Source: Amoeboradix gromovi X-113 (lineage: Eukaryota > Fungi > Sanchytriomycota). Taken from it: DNA of 32,000 nt. The stretch spans positions 1 through 32,000 of the forward strand of contig JADGIF010000016.1 of assembly GCA_018985225.1 (NCBI GenBank), in the 5' to 3' direction. Below, piece after piece: positions 29,889-32,000 of the stretch. The translations under genes were made by a program, and so were the position numbers. Position 1 is the first letter of the stretch; every line of letters starts with the position of its first letter. The notes under the pieces are model-generated. The model worked only from the letters and a program-made list of their open reading frames with translations. It was not told where the DNA came from and did no database searches.

Positions 29889-32000
29889 ATGAGTGTTGGT
29901 TTAGAGATCGCACAAATATTCGAGACTGCCCAGAAAAGACCAAATCAGAAAAATATCAAGAATCTACAGAAAATCCTGATAAACTCAGGTCTGAGCGACT
30001 TCACTGATGAATTTCTTCGCCAGTTATCGCTCTTTATGCCTGCAAAATCGCAAAGTACTAATGTTCGTAGATTAATCAAATTCGTTAGCGATTTTATTGA
30101 ATCTATCGATAACGAAGAATATTATGAGTTCTCCGATGTTATCTTAAATTCTCTTGTTTATGGAGCTTCTTGCAGAGAAAAGCATGTTAGAGTTCATTGC
30201 ATAACTCTTGCTGTATCTATTTTAAAATATCTAAAATCCTTGGATCCGCTTATCTATCAGCAGATAAAAATAAAGTTTACTAAAGGTTTAACTGACTACG
30301 AGGCCCACGTTCGCACAAGTGCAGCTGAAGGATGTTGCGTCTTGATGAAAGCTGACGATGCCGATAATTTTCTCGATTTGCTCACTGATTCGATTCAAAC
30401 TGATCCCAGTGCAGAAGTTCGCAAGAAACTGGTCGAAGAATTGCCATTAACAGAAGTTACGATGCCTTTTGTATTTGCCAGAATCAGAGATGTAGACGAC
30501 AATGTCCGTAAAGCAGTGTTAAGGAAAACCTCTGAATCAATTTCGGACTTTAACTTGATTCCAGTGGAATGGAGGATTAAATTATTATCTGCTGGTTTCC
30601 TAGACAGGTCTAAGCACGTAGTTAAAGAAGCAGAGCTACTACTAATTAACAAATGGCTCCCTAGCATAGAACTGAATTTTCTAAGATTTGTATTGGAATC
30701 CGGTTTATCCGACGTTGAGGTGCTTAAAAAGATTTTAGCTTGTGTTTTAAACACTTTTCAAGACACTAAATTCGTTTTTGATGAAGAGTTCTGGTTTAAC
30801 ATAACTTATGAAAGTGTTTTGATGCTCGAGTCTTATCTAAGTATTTTGCAAGATCGAAATGAGGATGTGACCAACTGTTTGCCACAGCTAACTACATTTG
30901 TAGACATACTTCAAGAATGTATTTGTTATTAACGTAGATTTAAAGACTTATTTTAAATCTAATGATTTACATAATGCACCGGTAATGAACGGATTGCTGG
31001 ACATCCATCGATTTTATGATAACGGTGATGTTTTTGGAGTTAATAAGCTTTATGGTTTGGCTCGCCAAGTTCTTATGCTTCAAAAGTGCCCTAGTGAGCT
31101 GATTGATGGACTAATTAGGATTTTAAAATTTTCCACCGACTCTACGCTGGAATATTCATCCTGTTTGATTGAACTGTTTAATACTATAAAGGACAATTCT
31201 GATAAACTTGAGATTAACAAGCGCTTCTCTATCAGCTTCAATGAAGGATCCACTGAAATCGATGAGCAATACCAGTCTTTGGTCATGCAAAAGGGACTGA
31301 AAATATTATCAGCAATATTTGCATCAGACATAACGAAGATAAAAGAATGGTTTAATGTGGACAGTATCATGCAGTCTATCATTCTGCCTTACTTAGACCA
31401 GCCATTGTTAGAAACAAGAATGGAGGCTTTAAAATGTTTGGGTATTCTATCATTGGCATTTGAGAGCATAGCGATCGAATATCTCAACAAGATTGGTGAG
31501 CTGATATTTAAAGCACAGCTTCCCTTAAGAACACTGGCGCTGCAGATCATCATGGATATTTTATATTATTACAAGCCTGACAAATTTGTGGAGCTGGAAT
31601 GCTGTGAGTTATTGATATCATGCTTAAACACTCGCAAGGATCTACTACTATCATTGGCCGTGGAAGGCATAGTCAAGTTGCTAATTAGTAAGCGAATAAT
31701 GTCTGTTAATCTTGTAGAGAATTTGTTAATCTTATTTTTCCATCCAAGAACGAACAATGTACCTCGCGTAAGGCAATGCTTGGCCTACTTTTTTGCGGGA
31801 TGGACCAAAAATGATGCAGAACATGTTGTAATGATTTCACAGTTGCTCCTGCCTGTTTTGATGAAATTATTCCAAATTCACTTGCAGCAACAGGACATGA
31901 TAGATCCAGTAAGTATTGCGTCACAGATGATAGACTGGATAGATCCTCGTAAATCTGGGTTTTCTGACGAGGGATTCCAAGCGGATTTGGTTCGCGAGAT
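29889..32000 (+). CDS. YCG1: Condensin subunit CAP-G (Ycg1/Cnd3), partial; exons 29889-30918 and 30938->32000
   Basis: IAQIFETAQK, HEAT repeats, TDPSAEVRK, RIRDVDDNVRK; second exon has ALKCLG, AVEGIVKLL, FHPRTNNVPRVRQCLAYFF; open to the window end. Confidence 0.92.
30919..30937 (+). other. 19-nt intron (gtatttgttattaacgtag)
   Basis: Removal gives LQE|YLKTYF and a continuous CAP-G frame. Confidence 0.9.

Noticed and set aside
8676-30937. Programmed frameshifts, pseudogenisation or a non-standard genetic code explaining the split ORFs
   Set aside because: Each break is resolved by a consensus GT-AG micro-intron, and TAA, TAG and TGA all terminate genes normally.
1736-31924. Numerous 60-120 aa ORFs antisense to or nested in the housekeeping genes
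   Set aside because: Shadow ORFs of the real CDSs, with no motifs of their own.

Overview
AT-rich, extremely compact eukaryotic DNA using the standard genetic code. It is most consistent with a flagellated early-diverging fungus or relative (inferred from CEP131, WD40-type ATG16L and fungal-like housekeeping genes). Two gene-dense blocks, ~0.3-12.4 kb and ~19.4-32 kb, hold DOA1/PLAA, CEP131, a shortened PRP31, a Reb1/TTF1-like Myb protein, UPF1, a class I HDAC, VPS35, a DnaJ protein, VPS51, a LEA2-like protein, ATG16L, GGT, glucosidase I and condensin CAP-G. Intergenic gaps are often only 5-60 bp. The ORF breaks in these genes are all explained by tiny 19-21 nt GT-AG introns (8 found), each with A at -6 and T at -8 from the 3' splice site. 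Between the blocks lies a ~7 kb decayed island (12.4-19.3 kb) with at least five Fanzor/TnpB-like RNA-guided nuclease remnants of several distinct types, a broken kinase and Sel1-repeat fragments, a 13-bp minisatellite and one intact orphan LRR-like ORF. A sixth Fanzor fragment (5' end) sits at 5.7-5.9 kb. One remnant appears to carry a host-type 18-nt intron inside its RuvC-III motif, and two outward-facing Fanzor 3' ends share positionally conserved hairpins suggestive of omegaRNA. No intact Fanzor is present. All family calls are by eye from motifs; no database search was run.
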